Source of the DNA: a virus
Direction: 5' to 3' (one strand)
Virus genome (UHGV): UHGV-1366990
DNA length: 64,000 nt
In this document: piece by piece, positions 37,001 through 44,835 of the stretch
Position numbering within the stretch: the first letter of the stretch is position 1
How the letters are laid out: each line of letters begins with the position of its first letter
Program-made: the position numbers and the translations under genes
Notes under the pieces: model-generated
The model's input: the letters and a program-made list of their open reading frames with translations, nothing else
What the model was told of the DNA's origin: nothing
Databases searched by the model: none

Positions 37001-38872
37001 ATTACCACGTACACGTACACCGACAGGACGACCACCACCATGACTGGTGAGCAGATCGTTGAAACGCAGGTAATCCCATACATGCGCAAAACGAACATCA
37101 ACTTCGAAGCCACAGGTCTGCGTCCGTTCACTCGTGTGTATCCGTTCTTCTCTGGACGTGATGTGAGCGCGTACTGTACCCCAAACGGTGGTGTACTGGG
37201 TGGTGCGTTGAACACTGACGCCAACGGTAACATCAAAGGTGTGTTTGCGGTTCCTCAGAACGAGACTATCAAGTTTAACACGGGTGACAACGTTTTCCGT
37301 CTGACTGACAGTCCTGTGGATAGCAAGTCTGCTGATGATACCCTGACCAATGCTGAGGCTGTTCATAAGTCCTTCGGCAAGAAACAGGGCATCCAGAAGA
37401 CTTATGTCAATACTCGCGTCCTGGGATACACTGCGACCAAGTCTACGGAAAACAAAACAGAGACGGTTGAAGTCGCGAAGTGGAAAGATCCTATCGCCCA
37501 GTCCTTCATGGTTGCCACCAATATCGGCGGCGAATACATCGAAGGGATTGAAGTCTTCTTCTCCACCAAGTCCCGTGATATCCCGATCACTCTGGAAATC
37601 CGTGAGATGAGCAATGGTCTGCCAGCGACGACTGTCGTCACTCGTAAGACTCTGAATCCATCAGAAGTTTCCACCTCCACAGACTCTTCTGTGCCGACGA
37701 TGTTCAAGTTTGATTATCCTGTGTATCTGCAGGCGCAGACTGAGTTCGCGATCGTACTCCTGGCCAACACTCAGGACTACAACGCATACATCGCAGAGAT
37801 GGGCAAGAAGAACTTGCTGACCAACGAGTTCATTGCCAAACAGCCGTACACTGGCGTGTTCTTCACATCTTCAAATGGTACGACCTGGACTCCAAACCAG
37901 ACTGCCGATATGAAGTTCCGTGTATATCGCTGTAACTTCTCCGCTGGTTCAAACATCGTGACCTTCGATGCTAAAGTCGGTCCGAAGATCCGCCCTCTGG
38001 GTCTGAATACCGTGAAATGTGTCAACGGTTCTTCAACTGTTACTGTGTACGCTCCGGGGCATGGCCTGACTGCGGGTGAAAGTGTTACTCTGTCTGGGTT
38101 GACAGGTGGTTGCGGTTTCACTCCTGAGCAACTGAACGCTCAACACACTGTGACTGATGCGACGTTCACGACATTCAAATTCGTTCTGAGTTCCAACGCC
38201 GACTCCGACGGTCAGATTGGTGGTGAGGCGGCTTCTTTCCTAGGCAACTACTTGGTAGACATGTTCTACGCAAGCGTCACCAATTCAGCCCTGGAAGGAT
38301 CTGTGTTGAAACTGGAATACCGCTATCGCGATGCGACCTCCAACTCATTCTCTGATTGGGTTGAGTTCGAATCCGATACGGACGTGTCTCTGCCGACGGA
38401 AGGTATCTATCGTCAGGTGGGCGACTTCCAGGTTCGTGCAACCATGACTCGCAACGAGAGTAATGTCTACACGGCTCCAATGATCGACGGTGATGATTTC
38501 ACTATCATCTTCAACACCTACGGTGTGGATCCGTTTGAAGATGTGTTCAGCTATGTGACCAAGGATATCGGATTCGATAACCCTTGCACCACTCTGAAGC
38601 AATACTTCGGCGCGATGCTACCTTCTCAGTCTTCAATGACTGTGCAGGTTAAACTGCTACGCGCAGGTCAGGAGATGGATAACGTGGCATGGGAAACTGT
38701 GACACCGACATCCCCTCTGGTCAATGACGGTTCTGCATTCTTCGAATATGAGTATGACAAGACTGTAGACAGCACCAATCCTTTCGTTGGCCTGAAGATC
38801 CGCCTGCTGGTCAGAGGCAACCGCATAGCACCGCCGTCATTCAAAGATTTCCGTTTGATTGCTCTGGCATAA
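34034..38872 (+). CDS. large virion structural protein (1612 aa; tail fibre / baseplate-associated)
   Basis: Very long ORF under late-type promoter; Thr/Ser/Gly/Asn/Val-rich, beta-rich composition. Confidence 0.7.
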   Translation: MQEMNLNRRPYWDDWNPEKRFSRILFRPAPIKVQTRELNQIQTIFQDQLEKLGNHLFKDGSMVIPGGLTITNTAVSMKFTLAGGSEFTDLEGISELYVLGKDNNAKARVLSLERYPAEPDTMYAILEITESGSSDGFEAGDNLYFNTYDVNDNFIRVGYGVADTVGGSIVARMTKGVYFVRGMFLDVEPTTLIVDNASNSTSHRIGFKVTETIVTEAEDESLFSNAQGTPNSKAPGAHRLRVDLVLSRYGYDEEVADFVELAKVKDGRVQSMVTQSTYNILEDAMAQRTYETNGDYNVSTHQIDLREHLKQNNNGGVYTPAEGGDESKFVAVMKPGISYVRGRRIENLGEELVIIDKARDTDILNNNPVAVSTGNYLVSKNSKGVPVVSRTIRYKFLNASSDVQATALLISAERSGTEFRLYMRDLVVTGDMGTVTKVAYEESGTTMFSCELESNQFSQSSAIDLIFPLPVFGVKTLAPTGTIDINYTVLRSNKITLNAAGAGSISAPLGYSFSPEFSLYSAAKADGTAAQFDISSGLSLAGTPVGSALQISLGAGYANQSINLLTLMVRTTATIKTKTVTEATETVTFTAAASAQLGNHDGYKLISVKNANGADVTSNFTLDGGQRDAAYYLSNLISSAGAISGTFTVVYQYFAHSSGDFFTADSYSSINYPDIPNYVSSSSGTVYGLADSLDFRPKITSGASDTDMVRPNTAIILDAEYYLPRIDAVYLADNGVFNVARGVSSNNLASPAIPDNGMRLYELMIPPYTANIDDIQIRTIDNRRYTMRDIGKLETRISNVEYYTSLSQLESSAMSQQVFDPITGNPRFKNGIAADPFKDFRLIDDLSADWVGSIDTDNGRLRPFVQQNAIDLTPVGWNNVQDGMVVCNYTREISVRQDYATTTINVNPYAVFNWEGFLKLNPTTDYWFENYYVTPRVINETINTRGAIKEGSVYGTWRTVSVSERVWEPHGAGGVWWGYRYRTTVSTRDITTYTYTDRTTTTMTGEQIVETQVIPYMRKTNINFEATGLRPFTRVYPFFSGRDVSAYCTPNGGVLGGALNTDANGNIKGVFAVPQNETIKFNTGDNVFRLTDSPVDSKSADDTLTNAEAVHKSFGKKQGIQKTYVNTRVLGYTATKSTENKTETVEVAKWKDPIAQSFMVATNIGGEYIEGIEVFFSTKSRDIPITLEIREMSNGLPATTVVTRKTLNPSEVSTSTDSSVPTMFKFDYPVYLQAQTEFAIVLLANTQDYNAYIAEMGKKNLLTNEFIAKQPYTGVFFTSSNGTTWTPNQTADMKFRVYRCNFSAGSNIVTFDAKVGPKIRPLGLNTVKCVNGSSTVTVYAPGHGLTAGESVTLSGLTGGCGFTPEQLNAQHTVTDATFTTFKFVLSSNADSDGQIGGEAASFLGNYLVDMFYASVTNSALEGSVLKLEYRYRDATSNSFSDWVEFESDTDVSLPTEGIYRQVGDFQVRATMTRNESNVYTAPMIDGDDFTIIFNTYGVDPFEDVFSYVTKDIGFDNPCTTLKQYFGAMLPSQSSMTVQVKLLRAGQEMDNVAWETVTPTSPLVNDGSAFFEYEYDKTVDSTNPFVGLKIRLLVRGNRIAPPSFKDFRLIALA

Positions 38873-38921
38873 GTAGTATTAACAAGGCGGGGTTGCCCCG
38901 CCATTAACAGAGGATATTATC

Positions 38922-39170
38922 ATGCGTGGTGTAAAAGTACAAGGGCATGCATCGATGATGAGAAGTAGCTCTTGCCCTGGGGCTATCATCTGCACAGACA
39001 ATGCTGCCGGTTTGGCAGCACTGAACGCTCGTCGAAATCAGGAAGAAAAGGACAGAACTATTGCAGCGCAGGCAGCGCAAATAGATCAACTGACAGCGAT
39101 GGTACAACTCATGGCGGAACACCTCGGGATTGAACTCCCGTCAGGAGGCCAAGATGGCAACCCAAACTGA
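38922..39170 (+). CDS. hypothetical protein (82 aa)
   Basis: GAGGA RBS 8 nt upstream. Confidence 0.45.
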   Translation: MRGVKVQGHASMMRSSSCPGAIICTDNAAGLAALNARRNQEEKDRTIAAQAAQIDQLTAMVQLMAEHLGIELPSGGQDGNPN

Positions 39171-39492
39171 CACTGTGATCGATGTTAAAGCGATCCTCAC
39201 CGGGGTGCTGACGGCGACGATAGTCTCTGTTGGCTCGGTTGTTTGGATGATGGGTAAATTTGAGAATCGCCTTGATGTGGTTGAGCGTGACTCCAACAAG
39301 GTCGACCTGATCCTCACCAAGGTGAACGATATGAATGAGAAGATTGCTGTGTTAAACACAGACGTTAACTACGTCAAGCAGAACGTTGCTGAGTTGAAAC
39401 TCAATAGCAACAGTCTATCCGACGACGTTCGCACTTTACGTATCACCGTCGCTGATATCCAGAGCAACAAGGGGAATGGCAATGGCCGTTAA
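39154..39492 (+). CDS. single-pass membrane protein with coiled-coil C-terminus
   Basis: 112 aa from ATG with GGAGG RBS; TM ILTGVLTATIVSVGSVVWMMG. Confidence 0.5.
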   Translation: MATQTDTVIDVKAILTGVLTATIVSVGSVVWMMGKFENRLDVVERDSNKVDLILTKVNDMNEKIAVLNTDVNYVKQNVAELKLNSNSLSDDVRTLRITVADIQSNKGNGNGR

Positions 39493-40234
39493 TTCTATTG
39501 TTGATCGTAAAGGATTTATGAATTACATTCTCAAGAAATTGGGGGCACCTGTAATTCAGATCAACCTTGACCCAACGCAAGTTTCGGATGCTGTAGACGA
39601 TGCTCTACAGAAGTTTTGGGAGTATCATCGTGATGGCAGTCAGGACGCATTCTTTGTTCACCAGGTGACTGAAGAAACTATCACCAACGGTTACATCGAA
39701 TTCCCCAAAGACATCGACGACGTGGTTGAAGTCATCGTTGGCCCTCCGATTGAATCGATCGGTAACTGGGCAACCCCTCAATGGCAGATGGCCCAAGCCA
39801 TGTTGGTACCAAAGGCCGCCCTCGTTTCCATCCGCTTGGTCGACTATGTTTCAATGCAACAGCGTTTGTCTGACATCACCAGTGTGCTGAACGTGAAGCG
39901 CACCTTCGTTTACAAGAAATTCCAGCGCAAACTCTACCCACAATTCGCCCTGATAAAGGACGAGGTGTTGGCGTTCAAATGCTTCCAGAACATCGACCCA
40001 GAGGTTGAGGGTAATGAAGAAGCATGGAATGATATGTGGCTGAAGGCATATGCAACTGCGTTGGTCAAGCGCCGCTGGGCAGAAGTGCTCAAGAAGGCAA
40101 GAGGCATCCGTCTCCCTGGCGGTATCGAGCTGGATGGCGATAGTATGTTCAGTGAGGCTGAAGCGGAGATCGAGCGTTTAGAGGAAGAATTGCGTACTGG
40201 TCAGCAGTACCCTATCGACTTCTACATGGGATAA
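39476..40234 (+). CDS. gp13: neck protein (gp13-like)
   Basis: N-terminal ..LKKLGAPVIQINLDPTQVSDAVDDAL..YHRDG and C-terminal RLPGGIELDG parallel T4 gp13. Confidence 0.7.
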   Translation: MAMAVNSIVDRKGFMNYILKKLGAPVIQINLDPTQVSDAVDDALQKFWEYHRDGSQDAFFVHQVTEETITNGYIEFPKDIDDVVEVIVGPPIESIGNWATPQWQMAQAMLVPKAALVSIRLVDYVSMQQRLSDITSVLNVKRTFVYKKFQRKLYPQFALIKDEVLAFKCFQNIDPEVEGNEEAWNDMWLKAYATALVKRRWAEVLKKARGIRLPGGIELDGDSMFSEAEAEIERLEEELRTGQQYPIDFYMG

Positions 40235-40240
40235 GGAAAG

Positions 40241-40266
40241 GCGGGATTACCCGCCCTTCTTTTAGA
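40241..40266. terminator. intrinsic terminator hairpin (ggcgggattacccgcc + T-run) between convergent genes
   Basis: GC stem then cttcttttag. Confidence 0.45.
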
Positions 40267-40474
40267 TTTTCAAATCCAGGTTTCCGTCGCCACTACCACG
40301 CAGCAGACCGTCTTCTGTCTTGTCTTTGGAGTTCCACCACTCAATGAAGTCTGTGCCATCTACTTCTTTCACCAGACCGACGATGTCGTAATCACCACCT
40401 CCAATCTTGGCGTCCACACAGATGATTCGGACGCGACGACCGCTGCGAACTTCTTTGATGTCTTCCACTTGCAT
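40262..40474 (-). CDS. hypothetical protein (70 aa) in reverse orientation inside the neck module
   Basis: GAGGA RBS 7 nt upstream of ATG. Confidence 0.5.
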   Translation of the reverse strand: MQVEDIKEVRSGRRVRIICVDAKIGGGDYDIVGLVKEVDGTDFIEWWNSKDKTEDGLLRGSGDGNLDLKI

Positions 40475-40503
40475 GAGCTATTCCTCAAAAGAATAAACTT
40501 CGA

Positions 40504-40511
40504 CTAAATAC
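40504..40511 (+). promoter_or_regulatory. late-promoter-like motif CTAAATAC
   Basis: 23 nt upstream of ATG 40534. Confidence 0.4.
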
Positions 40512-40533
40512 CTTCAAAATTGAGGGTATCGAT

Positions 40534-41184
40534 ATGGCCACTTCTAAATATTTCAACGCCACCAATCACCAAGGCACACAGAAGCTGATTGAAGATTTGG
40601 TACAGGAAATGATTGAGTTGCGCGGGATAGACATCAAGTATATACCCCGTTCCATCGTTGAAAAATTTCCTATCACCAACGATGCCAACCACAGGTTCGA
40701 CCAGGCGTTCGACATCGAAGCGTACATGCAGGATTATCAGGGCTTCAACACCCAGATGTGGGAGAAGTTTGGGGGTATCCAATTGCAAGACGAAGTGACG
40801 TTCTCTATCTCGCGCCGCCGATTTGCCGAGGTGATAGGCAACGGTGTTGGGATTGAACAACAACCTCAGGAAGGTGACCTGATCTATCTACCACTGGCGA
40901 ACAAGATCTTCAAGGTCAACAACCCGAACAACGATGAAGACTTCATGCAATTTGGCAAATGGTATACGTTCTCTCTGCCGTGCACGTTGTTCCAGTACGG
41001 CAACGAAAACTTCGATACGGGCGTTCCGGAGATCGACGATATCGACAAACGTCTGTCCATCTTGGACGAAGAGAACGAACCGGACGTGTACAAGGATTCT
41101 TCTCTACAGACCGACAATGCTTTAGCAGATGATCTTGAGAAGGGGCTTGCAACAGACAAGATGAAGATCGACTTTGGAGAATAA
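40534..41184 (+). CDS. neck protein (gp14-like)
   Basis: 216 aa; GAGGG RBS; position between gp13-like and gp15-like genes. Confidence 0.55.
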   Translation: MATSKYFNATNHQGTQKLIEDLVQEMIELRGIDIKYIPRSIVEKFPITNDANHRFDQAFDIEAYMQDYQGFNTQMWEKFGGIQLQDEVTFSISRRRFAEVIGNGVGIEQQPQEGDLIYLPLANKIFKVNNPNNDEDFMQFGKWYTFSLPCTLFQYGNENFDTGVPEIDDIDKRLSILDEENEPDVYKDSSLQTDNALADDLEKGLATDKMKIDFGE

Positions 41185-41186
41185 TC

Positions 41187-41882
41187 ATGGCCAGACCATT
41201 TGAAAATTACTTCTACCATGATTCATTGATGAAATACATCAATCTGTTTGCCACCATTATGTCTGATCTGAAGGTGAACACAGAGCGTGGTCTTATGGAA
41301 GTCCCATTACACATGGCCATCGGGAGACGCAATGACCTCAACAGGAACGTGCCGTCCAACATGCTTCCATTTGCGACCTTCTCTTTTGGTCAGTTTGAGA
41401 TCAACAAACAGGTGACGAAGACGTACCACAATCGACAATCGACACCAACAGCAGGGGCGAAGCAGCGAATCCCCCTGATTATCGATTTTGAGTACAATAT
41501 CCGAACCAAGAAATTGGTTGAGATGTTACAGGTGCTAGAGCAGGTTTATTCGGTATTCACTCCCTCTCTAGACTGTGGTATCAAGGACAACGATACACTA
41601 CAGCAAGACCAGAAGATCAAGATCCAACTGGTCAGCCACCAGATGTCCGATAACTGGGAAGGGGATGCTTCTGATTCACCACACGTCGACTGCTCCTTCA
41701 TGTTCCAGCTGAGCGGCTTCATCTACGGATATGACTATTGGGTGGACAACGAGGGAGGCGGGGATCCTAACGGGATCAAAGAGATAATTATCGAAATGTC
41801 TAATGATTTGAAAACACCGTGGACGGAACTGCCGGAGTGGTTCCGTGTTGACAAAGACGGTGTACATCATCCTGGAGATTGA
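41187..41882 (+). CDS. gp15: tail completion / sheath stabiliser (gp15-like)
   Basis: N-terminus FYHDSLMKYINLFATIMSDL resembles T4 gp15 FYNSSFRRYATLMGDLFS; GGAGA RBS. Confidence 0.65.
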   Translation: MARPFENYFYHDSLMKYINLFATIMSDLKVNTERGLMEVPLHMAIGRRNDLNRNVPSNMLPFATFSFGQFEINKQVTKTYHNRQSTPTAGAKQRIPLIIDFEYNIRTKKLVEMLQVLEQVYSVFTPSLDCGIKDNDTLQQDQKIKIQLVSHQMSDNWEGDASDSPHVDCSFMFQLSGFIYGYDYWVDNEGGGDPNGIKEIIIEMSNDLKTPWTELPEWFRVDKDGVHHPGD

Positions 41883-41884
41883 TT

Positions 41885-42592
41885 ATGAGTGCTATGTCAG
41901 AACGCCTATTATCCACCCTCAGTGCTATCCAAGCGCGGGATGAGGTCGCTCAAGAAGTCATGGAGAAGACCTCGCCTATGGCCAGAAAAGATTACGATCC
42001 GGATACAGGCGAATGGTTGGGTGAAAAGCCTGCGGGGTATGAGCCTGTGGTGTTTCCTCCTTCATTGGACCCAGAAGAGCTGAAGCCCAAGGAGTCTAAG
42101 GTTCCAGACTTCGAAGACACTGATGCCACCACCGACTACAAACGCATCCGTGACACGACTTATGCCATGCAGGAAGCCACGATGTTCATGATGGGACAGG
42201 CAGCCAAACTTGCGACGACGACTGAAGCACCCCGTGCCTTCACAGTCTTCAAAGAGTTGGGTGAACTCATGCGCGGCCTGAACAAAGACCTGATGGAGAA
42301 CCAGAAAACTATCAAGGCGGTCACGGGCGACAGAGAGCCACCTCCTGGAGATGAAACAACCGTCGAGGTCACCACGTCCCCTGATGGCACAACCACGGTC
42401 AACGTCGGTAAACAGGCCAGGTCTTCCCGTGATCTACTGAAGACCATCGAAGACGCCCGTAAACGTGCTGAAGAACGTGCTGCAGCGAAAGCTGCGTCCA
42501 AAGGACCTGATCCCGAAGAAGATGTAATCGACGTTCAGGCCGAGCCGCAGCCGAAGGAAGAAGGTGAAGACAATGGCGTATCAGAAGCGTGA
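41885..42592 (+). CDS. terminase small subunit (gp16-like)
   Basis: 236 aa directly upstream of and overlapping terminase large subunit; charged C-terminus; GGAG RBS. Confidence 0.55.
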   Translation: MSAMSERLLSTLSAIQARDEVAQEVMEKTSPMARKDYDPDTGEWLGEKPAGYEPVVFPPSLDPEELKPKESKVPDFEDTDATTDYKRIRDTTYAMQEATMFMMGQAAKLATTTEAPRAFTVFKELGELMRGLNKDLMENQKTIKAVTGDREPPPGDETTVEVTTSPDGTTTVNVGKQARSSRDLLKTIEDARKRAEERAAAKAASKGPDPEEDVIDVQAEPQPKEEGEDNGVSEA

Positions 42593-44783
42593 TGTAGAAT
42601 ACGCCCCACTCAAGACGGGGTTTAAGACAGAAGACGTCAGACTGCGTATGGACCAAACGTTCATGCGCAAGCCGTCTGTGCGCGCTCCTCGTGTGGAGTT
42701 GATGCTAACAGATGAGCAGGAATCGGAGTTCGTCGAGTGCGCGATGGACGCCCATTACTTCGCCGCCAACTACTACAAGATCACGACCATCGATAAAGGC
42801 TTCATCCTCTTTGACATGCACGATTACCAGAAGCAGTTGTTCCATGACTTCCAGGACTATCGATTCAATGCGGTCGTCCAGGCTCGTCAGTCTGGGAAAT
42901 GTGTAAAAGGTGACACGCTTGTCACAGTTTACGATACTCTCAGCCAAGAGCAGTTGCTCCTGACCATAGGGGAGCTTCACAGCCGCTTCGAGGACGTCAA
43001 TCACGCTGTGCCGCTGAATACCATTGGCAACCATGACAAGTTCGTGGACAGCCGCTTCGGCAAACGTTACTTTGTGCAATCCGATAGTGGCTGGGTTCCG
43101 GTTATCGCAGCGCATAAGACGAAGAAATATGCGGAATTCGTTATTGTGACTGTTACTGGGCGGCGAATTAACGTGGCCGACGAACATATATTCTTCACTC
43201 CGGAAATGAAGGAGATATTTGCCAAAGACCTGAATGCTGGGTCATACATCATGACGTCAGAAGGTCCAGAAGAAATCCGTGAGGTTTGGCAGACTGGTGA
43301 GACGCATCACATGTATGACCTACAGGTGAAATCTAGTGATCAGCGCTACTACACCAACGGCTTCCTCAGCCACAACACGACAGTCGTGGCAGCGTTCCTG
43401 CTCTGGTATGCGATGTTCCACTCCGACAAAGAGATCGCAGTACTGGCGAACAAAGAGAAGCAGGCGATTGAAATCCTAGATCGTATTCGCAAAGCATATC
43501 AAGATTTGCCATTCTTCCTCCAACAGGGTTGTGAGAAGTTCGGTTCCACGCTGATAGAGTTCGAAAACGGATCAAAGATCTACGCCTATGCGACATCTTC
43601 CGACTCCATCCGTGGTCGATCTGTATCGCTCCTGTATGTGGACGAAGTGGCGTTCATTGAAAACGACTTTGAATTCTGGGAGTCTACATTCCCGGCGATT
43701 GCATCTGCAGAGACTTCACGTTGTATTCTGACCAGTACGCCGAAAGGTCAGCGCGGGTTGTTCTACGACATCGTCACCAAGGCGAACCCAGAACACCCAC
43801 AATACAACGACTTCAAACTCACCGAGGTCCCATGGTATCGTGTTCCAACGTACACCAAAGATCCAGACTGGGAATCCAAACAGAGGGCGAAGCTGGGTGA
43901 TGCACGTTTCGATCAAGAATTTGGCATTAAGTTCCGTGGTTCTGTGGGATCACTGATACCTGCCAAGTGTCTGGACAAGATGACCTCGAAGCTGTATCAG
44001 GAGCCGAACGAGTTCACCAAGATTTATCACGACTACGATCCCAAACGCATCTATATGGGTATCGCAGATACAGGCAAGGGTGTCGAAGGGGATTATTCTG
44101 TACTGACCATTATCGACATCACAGACTATCCTCACAAGATCGCAGCCAAGTATCGAAATAACACGATACCTCCAATGATGTACGCGTACACAATCGCCGA
44201 TATGGGCGAGAAGTATGGAACGTGCCCGATGCTAGTCGAGACTAACAACGACGTGGGTGGTCAGGTAATCACAATTCTATACCAGGAAATTGAATATCCA
44301 GAGATCATCTTCACTACAACAGATACCAAGGGTACAGGCAAAAGAATCGGTGGTCGCCGCCCTGAGCCTGGTATCAATACCAACAAGAAGGTGCGCACAA
44401 ACGGCTGTGCCAACCTGAAAGCCCTGATTGAACGTGAAATGCTGGTGATAGATGACCAGGACACGATAGATGAACTCAGTACATTCGTATGGACTGGAAC
44501 AAGGTATGAAGCCGATGATGGTTGTCATGATGACTGTGTAATGCCCCTCGTGTTGTATGCATGGGCGGTGAAACAAGAATGGTTTAGTGATCTCACCAAT
44601 TCAAATATCTCTGTGGACATGAGAGGACGGTTGTCTGCGATGGAAGAATCTCAGATGCTACCATTTGGGGGTATGATGTCGACGCCAGATCCTCACTCTG
44701 TGGAGAACATCCCAGGGTTCGGTGGAATTCAGGTTTATGATGAACGCTCTGGTGTGTCTATGGAAGAATGGCTGAGACGGTGA
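42573..44783 (+). CDS. gp17: terminase large subunit (gp17-like), interrupted by a mini-intein
   Basis: Walker A QARQSGK|..intein..|TTVVAAFLLWYAMF; ATPase then nuclease region; overlaps small subunit gene. Confidence 0.9.
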   Translation: MAYQKRDVEYAPLKTGFKTEDVRLRMDQTFMRKPSVRAPRVELMLTDEQESEFVECAMDAHYFAANYYKITTIDKGFILFDMHDYQKQLFHDFQDYRFNAVVQARQSGKCVKGDTLVTVYDTLSQEQLLLTIGELHSRFEDVNHAVPLNTIGNHDKFVDSRFGKRYFVQSDSGWVPVIAAHKTKKYAEFVIVTVTGRRINVADEHIFFTPEMKEIFAKDLNAGSYIMTSEGPEEIREVWQTGETHHMYDLQVKSSDQRYYTNGFLSHNTTVVAAFLLWYAMFHSDKEIAVLANKEKQAIEILDRIRKAYQDLPFFLQQGCEKFGSTLIEFENGSKIYAYATSSDSIRGRSVSLLYVDEVAFIENDFEFWESTFPAIASAETSRCILTSTPKGQRGLFYDIVTKANPEHPQYNDFKLTEVPWYRVPTYTKDPDWESKQRAKLGDARFDQEFGIKFRGSVGSLIPAKCLDKMTSKLYQEPNEFTKIYHDYDPKRIYMGIADTGKGVEGDYSVLTIIDITDYPHKIAAKYRNNTIPPMMYAYTIADMGEKYGTCPMLVETNNDVGGQVITILYQEIEYPEIIFTTTDTKGTGKRIGGRRPEPGINTNKKVRTNGCANLKALIEREMLVIDDQDTIDELSTFVWTGTRYEADDGCHDDCVMPLVLYAWAVKQEWFSDLTNSNISVDMRGRLSAMEESQMLPFGGMMSTPDPHSVENIPGFGGIQVYDERSGVSMEEWLRR
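42900..43376 (+). other. mini-intein (159 aa) inserted in terminase P-loop: starts Cys, ends His-Asn, +1 residue Thr
   Basis: CVKGDTLVTV...YYTNGFLSHN|T; excision restores GKT; coordinates from residue count (C113-N271). Confidence 0.75.
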
Positions 44784-44786
44784 TCA

Positions 44787-44794
44787 CTAAATAT
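44787..44794 (+). promoter_or_regulatory. late-promoter-like motif CTAAATAT
   Basis: Upstream of sheath gene start. Confidence 0.4.
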
Positions 44795-44835
44795 CTTTCA
44801 AATTGAGCGAAACTCTACAGAGAAGGAATAAGATT

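Noticed and set aside
36614-37366. 250-aa minus-strand ORF antisense to the 1612-aa virion protein
   Set aside because: Embedded antisense frame with no start signals
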